A model generated the notes under the pieces. That model was not told where the DNA came from and did not search any database. It saw only the letters and a list, made by a program, of their open reading frames with translations. DNA of 64,000 nt from the IMG/VR virus record IMGVR_UViG_3300046355_000236, one strand, 5' to 3'. This document shows positions 8,700 to 19,643 of this stretch, piece by piece. Every line of letters begins with the position of its first letter. The stretch's first letter is position 1. Origin of the DNA: a virus (Duplodnaviria; Heunggongvirae; Uroviricota; Caudoviricetes). The position numbers and the translations under genes were made by a program.

Positions 8700-10487
8700 A
8701 TGGCGAATACCAATATCGACCTAGTTGGACTTGACTTTGCGTCAATGAAGTCAAATCTAAAGTCGTTTCTCAAAAATAACACCCAATTCAAAGACATTGA
8801 CTTCGAGGGATCGAACATCAATGTGTTGCTAGATTTACTGGCATATAACACATACCTAAATGGTTTTTATACCAACATGGTAGCTAGTGAGATGTTCCTC
8901 GACACCGCACAGCTCCGTGACAGTGTCGTGTCTCATGCAAAAGAACTCAACTATACCCCACGTTCGTTTACTGCTGCTAAAGCAAAAATAACTGTTGACA
9001 TTACTCCAGCATACGATGTATCGTCCGTTGTGGTTCCGAAATTTACTTCCTTCACTTCTAAAGTAGGATCTAATACATATTCGTTTACCACAAATGAAAC
9101 GTTGGTGGCTACTAATCTGGTGAATAGTAAGTTTACACTAGACGTAGATGTGTACGAGGGTGTTGTAACAACAGAATCTTTTGTCGTCAATAATCAAAGC
9201 ACAAGACAGCGTTTTGTTATTTCTAACCCCACTGTTGATGCGTCTATTTTAGATGTTACGGTGTATGAAGACAACGGACAGACATCTACAACATTTACAC
9301 CAGTATCCAAGATTATCAATCTGACGAGCACTTCCCCAGTGTACTTTGTTCAAGCTGCAGAAAACCAACAGTTTGAAATTTTGTTTGGTGATGGTGTATT
9401 CGGTCGCCGTCCAAAGGACGGCTCTACGGTAGTTGTGCGATACAGAGCATGTTCCGGCGAGTTGCCGAACGGGGCGCTGCGCTTTATTTCAGACGGACCT
9501 ATCGACGGACACTCATCTGTAGCTGTTACAACAGTCAGTGCTGCTACTGGTGGTGCTGTTGCTGAAACGGTCGAATCCATTCGCTTCAATGCTCCACGTT
9601 CTTTCCAATCACAAAACAGAGCAGTTACATCTTCTGACTATGAAACATTGTTGTTGACCAAGTTTCCTGAGATCCAATCAATCAGTGTTTACGGTGGTGA
9701 AGAAGCAGACCCACCACAGTACGGTCGTGTGTTTGTTTCCGTTGACGTTGCAGATGCTGACGGTGCACCACAGTCCCGTAAAGATGTGTTCTATGATTAT
9801 ATCAAAGACAGAACGCCGCTGACGATCGATGTCAACTTCGTAAACCCAGACTTTTTGTATGTCCGGGTACAGTCTGATGTTTTGTATGATGTTACAAAGA
9901 CAAGCAAAACGACGGCAGATATTAAGTCGCTTGTTCAAGCATCCATCAGTGATTACAACAACGTAGAGCTCGAAGATTTCAAGACGACATTATTCTATAG
10001 TGCATTGTGCAGTGCAATCGATGGTGCCGATTCAAGTATCCTTTCTAATGATACAACGTTGACTGTGATTAAGCGTGTAGCTCCTAAGCTAGGTCAATCA
10101 ACAGATATCAACTTTAGTATCGGTAATGCTCTATCAACTGAAACAGGTAAAAAGTTGAACGTCAGTGAGGCTCACTACGGCCACACTCTTACAACCACAA
10201 CTTTTACATACCAGAACGCATCATGTACCTTGGTAGACGATACCTTGGGTAATGTTTTTGTTGCTGCACAGCAAGCTGACTCTATTCAAATTATTAAGAA
10301 GGTCGGTAATATTGATTATATCACAGGCAAGATCGCAATATCTGGTTTAAATATTGCTGCTTATTCTGGTTCATACATTGAGTTCAGACTTAAAACTGCA
10401 TCAAAAAATATCAGCAGTTTGAAAAACATGATTATTAAGATTGATCCTGCAGATGTAACTGTTAACGTTGCCGGCGCTAAGCTATGA
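8700..10487 (+). CDS. gp6: Baseplate wedge subunit
   Basis: LDF...K.NLK.FL, DFEGSNINVLLDLLAYNTY, E.FLDTAQLRDSVVSHAK.LNY.PRS, RAVT..DY motifs. Confidence 0.93.
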   Translation: MANTNIDLVGLDFASMKSNLKSFLKNNTQFKDIDFEGSNINVLLDLLAYNTYLNGFYTNMVASEMFLDTAQLRDSVVSHAKELNYTPRSFTAAKAKITVDITPAYDVSSVVVPKFTSFTSKVGSNTYSFTTNETLVATNLVNSKFTLDVDVYEGVVTTESFVVNNQSTRQRFVISNPTVDASILDVTVYEDNGQTSTTFTPVSKIINLTSTSPVYFVQAAENQQFEILFGDGVFGRRPKDGSTVVVRYRACSGELPNGALRFISDGPIDGHSSVAVTTVSAATGGAVAETVESIRFNAPRSFQSQNRAVTSSDYETLLLTKFPEIQSISVYGGEEADPPQYGRVFVSVDVADADGAPQSRKDVFYDYIKDRTPLTIDVNFVNPDFLYVRVQSDVLYDVTKTSKTTADIKSLVQASISDYNNVELEDFKTTLFYSALCSAIDGADSSILSNDTTLTVIKRVAPKLGQSTDINFSIGNALSTETGKKLNVSEAHYGHTLTTTTFTYQNASCTLVDDTLGNVFVAAQQADSIQIIKKVGNIDYITGKIAISGLNIAAYSGSYIEFRLKTASKNISSLKNMIIKIDPADVTVNVAGAKL

Positions 10488-13102
10488 AAAATATTGAAAG
10501 CCTAATTACGCCACTAGTACAGACTCAGTTTCCTGAATTCTATCAGGAGCATGGTCCAAAGTTTATTGACTTTGTCCAGCAGTATTATGCATGGATGGAA
10601 ACCAATAATCAAGCACTACATGTATCACGTAGTTTGTTTGACATTCGTGATATTGATAAGACCTCGGACGACTTTGTCACGCACTTTAAACAGAAATACT
10701 TAAACGGTATTACGTTTGCTTCTGAGGCAGATTCACGTTTGCTTACAAAGAACTCTTTAAGTCTCTATCAAAATAAAGGTACAGGTGACAGTGTTAGTAC
10801 TACTATTCGTGCTTTGTTTGACCAAGAGGCCACGATATATTATCCAAAGAATGATATTTTAAAGTCATCTCACGGAACATGGGTGCGCCCATTATATCTT
10901 GAGTTATCTATGTCCACGAAGACTCGTACCCTTGTTGGTCATGAAATTATCGGTAGTATCACAGGTGCCAAAGCCTTTGCAGAAAGTTTGGTACGTAGAC
11001 GCATCGGTACAAAGTTCATTGATATCTTATATTTGAGTGATATACGGGGCGACTTTACAACAGGTGAGCTGATCACTCTTTCATCTGATACGGTAATAGA
11101 CGATGCTCCCACAATCGTAGGATCGATGACAGAAGTTACTGTGGTAACAGGTGGGGCCAACTTTAAGGTCGGTGATGTGTTTACTGTTGAGTCTGAAAAC
11201 GGCCGACAAGGTAAAGCTCGTGTTACGGAAGTATCAAATCAAACCGGTAAGGTTAATTTTATTTTTACTACACCACTTGAGAGCGGTGGTTGGGGTTATG
11301 CGCTCGATTCTGAAGTGATCGTATCTGATAAGGTACTAAATGTTACAAACATAACAAACAGCAACACACAAATCACAGATTTCAGTAGACTTGAAACAGT
11401 TGTACAGCGATTAGCAAATATTAGTTATACAACTGCAACGCCAAACAATGCCGGCTTCGCTCCTGGCACGGTGATTGAAAACTATCACGCAAACGGCGTC
11501 GTATCTGCTAATGCTATCGTTGTATCCTCATCTACAACAAACAGCACAGCTGGCTACATTATCGTTGCTCCGTATTCTGGAAACATTGTTTCTGTAGATA
11601 CTACGTTTGCCATTAAAGGCAACACAACAACTGCAGTTGTTGGTTCCTATGCTGACCGCACGACAAATGCTGTAATTGTTGGCACCAACACTGATTTTGT
11701 TGGTGTTTATAACATTACTGGAAGTGTATTTGTTAAAACACCGTATGCTAACCTAGTCGGTCTGACAACTAACACGACAGCTACCATCGCAAACATTAGT
11801 ATTGGCACAGATGCAGGATTCTCTATCGGTTATCTAACCGACACTGAATCTGTATTATTAACACCCGACTTCCTGTATAGCAACAACACATCCAACGTCG
11901 TTTTCAGCACGATTAATCTAACTGGAAATAACTCTGGTGCGTCGTTGCAGTACGGTACCGCGCAAGCAATTACAGGTGGTTTCGCATATGGTGGATTTGG
12001 TTTTGTCAAATATCCTGGCTCTAACATAGATAGTATTTTGTTTGATTGTTTGAGATTCGATACGACAACCATTGGATCAATTGCATCACTGGTATCGATC
12101 AATCCTGGTAATGACTACAACGTTGATCCATTTGTTGCTGTGGTTGAGCCACGTGTAACAGGATATGATCGACATGATTATCTAATGAACATTACACCAC
12201 AGACTGGTGTGTTTATTTACGGGGAGCAGATCCAACAAACATATGACCTACCTGCTGTTCAGTTGACTGTAAATAACTTCTCCGGAACTGCTGCAAACGG
12301 TACACCCACAACAACTGTTGTAGTCAATGAATTTGTGTATCAATCAAATGCTACAGCCAATGTGGCGGCTAGTGGATATGTGTTAGAGGCTGGCATATCA
12401 GGTGGTGCTGGCACGATTAAAGTTGCTAACACGTTTGGTACGTTTGTAGTGAGTGGAACATATAAATTAAAATCGTTGAATACTGGTGGCACTGCAAACG
12501 TGTCTGCAGTGGCTGCAACCACATATGCAACTGTTGCTCGTGGTATTGTAAAGAGTGGATCAAATACATCACTTCTTAAACTGAAGCGTATTAACCTTGA
12601 AAACACATTTACTACTGGTGGCACTGTTATTGGTCGTTCTTCCGGTGCGACGGCTATTATTGCTAACATTGATCAGGACAAGACAACCCTACCTGTTGGT
12701 TTGAATGCAAACATTGTTGCAAACGTACAGACAGCAAACGGAGTAGTAACACGTATGGCGGTTGTTGATTCAGGCTTCGGTTATATTCAAAACGAAACAG
12801 TGACTCTGATTAAAGAAGATAGCCCTTTTGAAGTAACTGCTATAGTCGATCTAGGTAAACAAGGACAAGGTAATGGTTACTTCTCAAGCACTAAAGGCTT
12901 CCTCGATTCAGATAAAAAGATCCATGATAACGATTACTATCAAGAATACAGCTATGAAGTTCAAACAAAAATTCCGTTTGACAGATATATCGACGTGTTG
13001 AAGCAAATTACACACGTCGCTGGTACAAAAGCATTTGGACGTGTTGTATCCATTTCGGAAGTAGATACTCCAATTAGCATCATAAATAGTATTACTTACT
13101 AA
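10484..13102 (+). CDS. gp7: Baseplate wedge initiator
   Basis: QFPEFY.E.GP.FI.F...YY.WME at the N-terminus; K.IHDNDYYQEYSYEV at the C-terminus; synteny. Confidence 0.75.
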   Translation: MKNIESLITPLVQTQFPEFYQEHGPKFIDFVQQYYAWMETNNQALHVSRSLFDIRDIDKTSDDFVTHFKQKYLNGITFASEADSRLLTKNSLSLYQNKGTGDSVSTTIRALFDQEATIYYPKNDILKSSHGTWVRPLYLELSMSTKTRTLVGHEIIGSITGAKAFAESLVRRRIGTKFIDILYLSDIRGDFTTGELITLSSDTVIDDAPTIVGSMTEVTVVTGGANFKVGDVFTVESENGRQGKARVTEVSNQTGKVNFIFTTPLESGGWGYALDSEVIVSDKVLNVTNITNSNTQITDFSRLETVVQRLANISYTTATPNNAGFAPGTVIENYHANGVVSANAIVVSSSTTNSTAGYIIVAPYSGNIVSVDTTFAIKGNTTTAVVGSYADRTTNAVIVGTNTDFVGVYNITGSVFVKTPYANLVGLTTNTTATIANISIGTDAGFSIGYLTDTESVLLTPDFLYSNNTSNVVFSTINLTGNNSGASLQYGTAQAITGGFAYGGFGFVKYPGSNIDSILFDCLRFDTTTIGSIASLVSINPGNDYNVDPFVAVVEPRVTGYDRHDYLMNITPQTGVFIYGEQIQQTYDLPAVQLTVNNFSGTAANGTPTTTVVVNEFVYQSNATANVAASGYVLEAGISGGAGTIKVANTFGTFVVSGTYKLKSLNTGGTANVSAVAATTYATVARGIVKSGSNTSLLKLKRINLENTFTTGGTVIGRSSGATAIIANIDQDKTTLPVGLNANIVANVQTANGVVTRMAVVDSGFGYIQNETVTLIKEDSPFEVTAIVDLGKQGQGNGYFSSTKGFLDSDKKIHDNDYYQEYSYEVQTKIPFDRYIDVLKQITHVAGTKAFGRVVSISEVDTPISIINSITY
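13081..13088 (+). promoter_or_regulatory. Late promoter variant CATAAATA upstream of gp8
   Basis: Motif 25 nt before the gp8 start. Confidence 0.45.
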
Positions 13103-13112
13103 AACGAAACAA

Positions 13113-14885
13113 ATGTCAAAGCAACTAATATCTAATTACTTTCGTCTACACAATGTGAAGCAGTTTATCGAGTCTATTAACGAAACTGCTAATAGCGTGT
13201 ATTATGTCTATGCAGGACGCCACCAAGTTTATCCATCAGGAGATACTGTCGTTCCGGATATTATAAACAGCGTCGATGAAACATTATATACATCTTATAA
13301 TGAAATGCTATTTGGTAAGCGTGTAGGGCCTACAGATGTAGTACCTATGGTGCCACGTTATGATTGGTCAACTAATACTAGTTACTCAGCGTACCGTAGC
13401 TCGGAAGACTTAACAGATAAACAATTCTATGTTGTTGTTAACGACACCACATATGATGTGTTTAAGTGTTTGGATAACAACAGCAACACCCCGTCGACTG
13501 TTGCACCAAAATTAAGCGAAACATCAGCAGCAGATGAGTTCTATAGCACGTCTGATGGATATGTGTGGAAATATATGTATTCTGTGGATTCCACCACGTT
13601 TAATAAATTTGCAACACAAACATCGATGCCTGTTATTGCAAATAACGACGTTGTTGCTAATGCAGTTTCCGGTGCTGTTGATGTTATATTGACCGCATAC
13701 CCAGGATCTAATTACAACACGTATTTGTCTAATACTTTTTTATCTTCTGACATTCGCGTTGGTGGTGATGCGCTAAAATACAACATTGCTAATAACGCAA
13801 CATCATCAAATAACTTTTATACGGGCAGTTTCATTTACATTAAAAATGGAACCGGTAACGGTCAGGGTCGTAGAATCGTTGATTATACCGTAATCGGTAG
13901 TACTAAAACGATCGAGCTTGACACAGCATTTAATGTTGCGCCAGATGTAACATCACAGTACGAAATTACACCAGCCGTTGTCATTACCGGTGATGGAACA
14001 GGTGCTATTGCGCGAGCGCTCGTAAACACTGCCTCTTCTAATTCAATCTCTCAAGTTGAGATTGTTACGCGTGGCAGCGGATACACATATGCATCAGCCC
14101 GTGTTACTGGTAATACCTCGGGTACTACAAACACTGCTGTGTTGGGTATTGTACTTGGACCAAAAAATGGTCACGGATCAGACCCATCATATGAACTTGG
14201 TAGCACATCTTTGTGCATCAGCACTACATTTGCAAATTCGGAAGTTGGCACCATTCCTGTTACCAACGACTACCGCTCGATAGGCCTTGTTAAAGATCCA
14301 TTATTTGCAAACGTGCAATTTACCGTCGGTTCTCTGACTGGTGTATTCAGTATTGGTGAAACTGTTACGCAACCAACGACAGGTGCTGTCGGTATCGTTA
14401 CTGAATTTGACAACATTAACACCCTCACTCTTACGAACGTTAGTGGTATCTTTCTAACAGGTAATTCTACTGTGAACCCCCTACAAGGTGGGTCGTCGGG
14501 TGCAACCTCATCATTAGTATCTTACCAGATTAACGGTCAAGCAAAGAATTTTAATACCTTTGATCAGCGCAACCGTTTCACATTCACACCGATAGTAGGA
14601 TCATTTATTCCTGATGAAGAGGTATACCAGACTGACGTACAGTTGGCAAACGCTGTGTTTCACAGCAATACGTCCGCTAACATTTATTTGACGCATGTAA
14701 GAGGCACACTAAATACAGGTAACAGTATTATCGGCCAATTGAGTGGCGCATCTGCAACGCTTGTTTATGCCTACCCGCCTGATCTGGTCATCGGCTCTGG
14801 AGAAGTGCTCTACGTTGAAAACGGAAGTGCCATTTCACGCTCCAACAGCCAATCCGAAACAGTAAAGATTATTCTGCAGTTTTAA
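13113..14885 (+). CDS. gp8: Baseplate wedge subunit
   Basis: VPRYDW, FYV......VFKCLDN, DGYVWKYMYS, NGHGSDP..ELG, SGEVLYVEN...R...Q.E.VKIILQF motifs. Confidence 0.85.
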   Translation: MSKQLISNYFRLHNVKQFIESINETANSVYYVYAGRHQVYPSGDTVVPDIINSVDETLYTSYNEMLFGKRVGPTDVVPMVPRYDWSTNTSYSAYRSSEDLTDKQFYVVVNDTTYDVFKCLDNNSNTPSTVAPKLSETSAADEFYSTSDGYVWKYMYSVDSTTFNKFATQTSMPVIANNDVVANAVSGAVDVILTAYPGSNYNTYLSNTFLSSDIRVGGDALKYNIANNATSSNNFYTGSFIYIKNGTGNGQGRRIVDYTVIGSTKTIELDTAFNVAPDVTSQYEITPAVVITGDGTGAIARALVNTASSNSISQVEIVTRGSGYTYASARVTGNTSGTTNTAVLGIVLGPKNGHGSDPSYELGSTSLCISTTFANSEVGTIPVTNDYRSIGLVKDPLFANVQFTVGSLTGVFSIGETVTQPTTGAVGIVTEFDNINTLTLTNVSGIFLTGNSTVNPLQGGSSGATSSLVSYQINGQAKNFNTFDQRNRFTFTPIVGSFIPDEEVYQTDVQLANAVFHSNTSANIYLTHVRGTLNTGNSIIGQLSGASATLVYAYPPDLVIGSGEVLYVENGSAISRSNSQSETVKIILQF

Positions 14886-14894
14886 GAGAAAAAC

Positions 14895-17800
14895 ATGCCA
14901 TTAGAAAACACACTTAGCGCTAGCCCATATTTTGACGATTATGATCAGGCTAAAGAATTTTATAAAGTTCTTTTTAAACCTGGCGTTGCGTTACAAACGC
15001 GCGAGTTGAATCAGCTACAAAGCATTCTGCAAAACCAGATCGAGCGATTTGGTAACCATGTATTCAAGTCTGGCACCATTATCAGTGGTGTCAACTTTTC
15101 ATACATCCCAACATACACATACGTCAAGATTCTTGACACAGAGACTAGCGGCACACCGTCTCTTCCATCTTCATATGTTGACTACTTCGTCAAGAGTGAT
15201 CTAAACCTGACTGCTCGTATCGTCAATTATGAAGATGGTTTGGAATCAAAATCTCCTGATTTGAAGACATTGTATCTTCAATATACTAACAGCTCACAAC
15301 CTGACACTGCTAATGGTAATGCGATCTATACTACATTTAGACCTGATCAGTTGTTGACTGTTTATAGCAAAGACAACAACCTATTCAGCGTCACTGTTAA
15401 TAACGGTGGTCTGGGCTTTTCTAACGCAGATGCTGTTGTAGTAACGAGTGCGATCACCATTACTGGCAACACTATTGCGTTTGCAAATGGTGAGACTATT
15501 ACACAGTCTACTACCGGTGCAAAAGCTGTTATTGCTTCCGTCAATACAACCGCAATTGCAAACACAACAATTTTGAAAATTAAGCCACGCACGGCTGATT
15601 TGACTAACACATCGGTAAGTGCTAATGCGTGGACAATGTCGACTGGTTACAACGTTGTCGGTGGAACTAGTGGTGCAACAGCAAACGTTGTGTCGCTGAT
15701 TGGTAGTGGCGCAGTTGGTCTGGTTTCTACAGATACACAGGGTATTGTTCAGACACTTACACTAGCTGATGGTGGTGCTGGTTATGACTTCCTTCCTCAC
15801 GTTACCCTAAAAACAGCTAACTCGACAGCAACTGTTAATAACCTTGACTTGCAACCAAGCAACTTCAAGGCTCTGATCACTGTTGCTAATACCAGCACAA
15901 ACGCCATCGGAACTGGATATGCATTTGGTGTGTCCGAAGGTATCATCTACCAAAAAGGTTACTTCCTTAAAGTAGAACCACAAGTTATCACAGTTGATAA
16001 GTTTACAACTGCACCAGATAGCGTTGCTGTTGGTTTTAAGACTGTTGAAACCATTGTTGATGCTTATACAGATGAGTCTCTGTATGATAACGCTGCTAAC
16101 ACAACCAATTATACAGCTCCTGGTGCTGATCGTCTAACGCTTACTCCTGTTCTTACGTTGATGACGACAGCAGAAGCTCAGGCTAACGTAGACTTCTTTG
16201 CATTGGCTGAATGGAAAGAAGGGTTCCCATATAAGGAAAACCGTGTTTCTGTATACTCTAACCTTGCTGATGAACTAGCGCGCCGTACACGTGAGGCACA
16301 AGGTAACTTTGTTGTTGATTCATTCCAGGTTGGTACGAAAGAAAAGGCAACGCCAAACACATCAACTGTACAGACAGTTATTGACCCTGGTCTGGCATAC
16401 ATCTCTGGTTACCGTGTTCAGACATCGTACAACAACTACCTTGATGTTGATCGCTCCACAACGAAGACTTCGTTGAGCAACCAAAGTATTACTGTTAACT
16501 ACGGTAACTACGTCAAGGTCAAAGAACTAGCTGGCTTGTTTAACTTCAAAGCTGGTGATACAGTCAGTCTTTATGATACAGCAAAACAATATGTGTCAGC
16601 ATCTACTATTAGTACAAACGGATCAATTGCACCTGCAGGTACCCAAATTGGTACTGCCCGCATTCGTTCACTAGTTATTGATTCTGGCAGCCCAGGCACA
16701 CCAGACTGTGTATACAGAATGTATTTGTTTGATGTTGTAATGACTCCTGGACACTCTTTCCGTCAAGCGAGAAGCATATTTTTCGATGGTACTGTTCAAG
16801 ACGGTATCGCTGATATTGCTCTTGAGTATGATGCTACAACATCAGCAAACCTAGCATTCTTGAATGATGTGAATAACGATCAGTTGATATTCAATATCGG
16901 TCAACCAGCGGTCGCTACACTAAGCGATCTTTCATATCAATATAGAACAGTATCCGATGCTACACTACAACTAACGTCTGGTGGCCAAGTTGTTATTGGT
17001 CCGTTGGGATCAGGCCTATCATTCCCATATAGTGATGGCACGCTTTCTTCAACACAGGAACGCGACTTCATCGTATTCCCAATTGCAAACACGCAAGCTG
17101 CAGCAAATATTGGTGGGTCATTAGCAGTCAATGCAAGCAACACTATCATTGTTGGAACAAGCACGACGTTTGCAAGTGATCTACGTGTTGGTGACCATGT
17201 TAAGTTACTTGCCGCTAACGGATCCAGCATTGTTAGACAGGTTTCTTCAATTGCAAATAACACATACCTGACGCTGACGTCTAACGCATCTGTTTCGTTT
17301 ACAGCAAACGCTGTAATATTCTATCCCGCTCTTTATCCGTTGGATATTGAAAACAGAAGCGACCGCACCATCACTGTTTCTGCTAGTAGCAAGACTGTTA
17401 CCATCAACATCAACAAAACGCTGGCCGGAACCGCTAACGTTATTGCTGTTTACAATATTAAGTCTACCGCAGCAACTCCTGTTACTAAAACAATCAAACG
17501 CGATATCTTTGTTAAGCTACACACAAGCAACAACGTGTCAAGCAACACCGGTCCTTGGGCACTTGGTCTTCCTGGTGCCGCTCGATTGAAGAAGGTGTTT
17601 TTGGGTACAGATGCTGCTGTTAACACATCGAGCACAGATGTAACAAAATACTTCTATGTAGATTCTGGTGATGATGAAAACGCATACCGCACTTCTCGTT
17701 TGGTATTGAACACTGGTGCAAATCTTGCTGTTAATACCAACCAGTATATCATGGCTCAGCTTGATGTATTTACAAATAACGGTCAAGAAGGTTTCTTTAC

Positions 17801-19634
17801 TGTTGGTTCGTACAACATCGATGATACGAAGACTCTGGCAGCTTCAAACACCACAATTAACACACTGGAAATTCCAGAAACGATCACAAACAAAGGCATT
17901 TATTATGACCAGCGTGATGTTATCGATTTCCGTCCATACGGTACTGCAACCGCTAACCTATCCACGACTGTGGCTGGCGCGACTGTCAATCCTGCAAATA
18001 CGTTTGCATTGAGTGGTGACGACCAGTTCTTCCCTGTACCAGACTCCGCTGTTACGTTTGGTGTTGAATACTACAACACACGTATGGACCGCGTCGTTGT
18101 ACGTCAAGACTCCACGTTCGAAGTGTTGAGTGGCGTGTCAACACTATCACAGCCTGTTCCACCCCGCGCACCAGCTGATGCTGTTACGTTGGCGTTGTTG
18201 ACTATTCCTCCATATCCTTCACTACCATCTGCATTCAACTCTACCACACTAGAGTTTGTTTCAAAAGGAGTTGGTAGCTCTAAAGGACCAATTTCAAAAC
18301 GAACTGCTGATTATAAGATTAACACACGTGCATCCAAAGGTACACGTAACGAGCAGCCTCGTAGATACACTATGCAGGATCTTGGCGCTATTGAGCGTCG
18401 ACTTACCAACGTAGAGTATGCTGTCTCTTTGAGTCAAGTAGAATCTGCAATTAAAGATGTGGTTATCCCTAGCGGAATTACACCAACAACCAGCCGCTTC
18501 AAGAATGGCTTCTTCGTTGAGCCTTTTGATGACTACACAAAAGTCGATCTATCGAGCCGCGAATATGCTGCAACAATTGACCAGCAAAAAGGGTTTTTGA
18601 AACCACCTACAAAGCAGATTAACTTTGAAGCATGCTTTGATTTGACAGATACTGCTACAGCTAACTCCGTTGTGACTGGTAATACCCTGATGTTGCCTTT
18701 TACTGATGAGTTGCTGATCGATCAAAGTATCAAGAGCTCTGTCGTAGGGGTTGACGGTCACCGCATTCAATTCAACGGCGAAGGTACAATTACTCCTTCC
18801 TCCTTCTCCATTCAGACACGTGGCGAAGTCACGGTTGTGGAGGATCCGCCACCACTTCCACCACCTAACTATGGTGGTCCAGGCGATGATAGTGGATTCT
18901 TCGAGGGTCTAGTTGAGGGTGTGGGTGATTTGGTTGACGGTATTCTTTCGCCTATATCTGATGGCGATTGCTTCACACCTGAAACAATCATCTTTATGGC
19001 TGATGGATCATCCAAGCAAATTAAAGACGTTAAGGCTGGTGAACGTGTACTTGCATCTGATATGAAAACAGTCAACACTGTTCGTTATATTGAGATGTTG
19101 CGTAAGACGTCATGGGATTCATTGTATTCTCCATCACCATCGTTTAAGCCTTTTGTCACTGTTAACCACCCACTGATCATTAACGGTGAATTGGTGTCTG
19201 TTGACCCTAATGAGACATACATGAGATATCCATGGTTAGGTATGTCCGTCAGCATTGATAAATATACCGATCACGTTGAAATGATTCCATCTGATAACCG
19301 ACCAGTATATAACTTGTGGGTTGACGGGGACGGTACATATATTGTTAACGGCTTTGGTACCACATCGATCGTCGGTCACGGCTACGCGTTGGCTGGTGCA
19401 GTTCTACGTGGCAGTATCAATCACGATCAAACGATGGAGATTATGCGTAGATTCACCTCAGATGGCCGCGAACTACAATATGGGTCATACATCGTAAACA
19501 AGGTGCTTGATAAACTAAACATTAAATGGGTAAATGACATGCTATTTGCAGTTGCCTTGCAGGACGGTGTTGCTAAGAAGGCACTATTCGGCATCACCAG
19601 ATTCATTGGTACACTAGCCTGGATGGCAAAGTAA
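14895..19634 (+). CDS. Large baseplate/tail-associated protein (DUF4815/VrlC-like N-terminal part) with C-terminal Hint domain
   Basis: SPYFDDYD..K.FYKVLFKPGVALQTRELNQLQSILQ.QIERFG, APGADR, RYTM.D.G.IERR...VEY..SLS..E, RFKNGFFV.PF motifs; Hint region at 18969-19367. Confidence 0.8.
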   Translation: MPLENTLSASPYFDDYDQAKEFYKVLFKPGVALQTRELNQLQSILQNQIERFGNHVFKSGTIISGVNFSYIPTYTYVKILDTETSGTPSLPSSYVDYFVKSDLNLTARIVNYEDGLESKSPDLKTLYLQYTNSSQPDTANGNAIYTTFRPDQLLTVYSKDNNLFSVTVNNGGLGFSNADAVVVTSAITITGNTIAFANGETITQSTTGAKAVIASVNTTAIANTTILKIKPRTADLTNTSVSANAWTMSTGYNVVGGTSGATANVVSLIGSGAVGLVSTDTQGIVQTLTLADGGAGYDFLPHVTLKTANSTATVNNLDLQPSNFKALITVANTSTNAIGTGYAFGVSEGIIYQKGYFLKVEPQVITVDKFTTAPDSVAVGFKTVETIVDAYTDESLYDNAANTTNYTAPGADRLTLTPVLTLMTTAEAQANVDFFALAEWKEGFPYKENRVSVYSNLADELARRTREAQGNFVVDSFQVGTKEKATPNTSTVQTVIDPGLAYISGYRVQTSYNNYLDVDRSTTKTSLSNQSITVNYGNYVKVKELAGLFNFKAGDTVSLYDTAKQYVSASTISTNGSIAPAGTQIGTARIRSLVIDSGSPGTPDCVYRMYLFDVVMTPGHSFRQARSIFFDGTVQDGIADIALEYDATTSANLAFLNDVNNDQLIFNIGQPAVATLSDLSYQYRTVSDATLQLTSGGQVVIGPLGSGLSFPYSDGTLSSTQERDFIVFPIANTQAAANIGGSLAVNASNTIIVGTSTTFASDLRVGDHVKLLAANGSSIVRQVSSIANNTYLTLTSNASVSFTANAVIFYPALYPLDIENRSDRTITVSASSKTVTININKTLAGTANVIAVYNIKSTAATPVTKTIKRDIFVKLHTSNNVSSNTGPWALGLPGAARLKKVFLGTDAAVNTSSTDVTKYFYVDSGDDENAYRTSRLVLNTGANLAVNTNQYIMAQLDVFTNNGQEGFFTVGSYNIDDTKTLAASNTTINTLEIPETITNKGIYYDQRDVIDFRPYGTATANLSTTVAGATVNPANTFALSGDDQFFPVPDSAVTFGVEYYNTRMDRVVVRQDSTFEVLSGVSTLSQPVPPRAPADAVTLALLTIPPYPSLPSAFNSTTLEFVSKGVGSSKGPISKRTADYKINTRASKGTRNEQPRRYTMQDLGAIERRLTNVEYAVSLSQVESAIKDVVIPSGITPTTSRFKNGFFVEPFDDYTKVDLSSREYAATIDQQKGFLKPPTKQINFEACFDLTDTATANSVVTGNTLMLPFTDELLIDQSIKSSVVGVDGHRIQFNGEGTITPSSFSIQTRGEVTVVEDPPPLPPPNYGGPGDDSGFFEGLVEGVGDLVDGILSPISDGDCFTPETIIFMADGSSKQIKDVKAGERVLASDMKTVNTVRYIEMLRKTSWDSLYSPSPSFKPFVTVNHPLIINGELVSVDPNETYMRYPWLGMSVSIDKYTDHVEMIPSDNRPVYNLWVDGDGTYIVNGFGTTSIVGHGYALAGAVLRGSINHDQTMEIMRRFTSDGRELQYGSYIVNKVLDKLNIKWVNDMLFAVALQDGVAKKALFGITRFIGTLAWMAK
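18969..19367 (+). other. Hint (Hedgehog/intein) domain, non-splicing type
   Basis: CFTPETIIFMADGSSKQIKDVKAGERVL (block A, Cys1359), VTVNHP (TxxH), VYNLWVDGDGTYIVNGFGTTS (terminal HN replaced by TS). Confidence 0.85.
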
Positions 19635-19643
19635 AGGTAAAAA

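Noticed and set aside
18969-19367. Canonical splicing intein or mobile element
   Set aside because: No terminal His-Asn/Gln, no Cys/Ser/Thr at +1 and no endonuclease domain.
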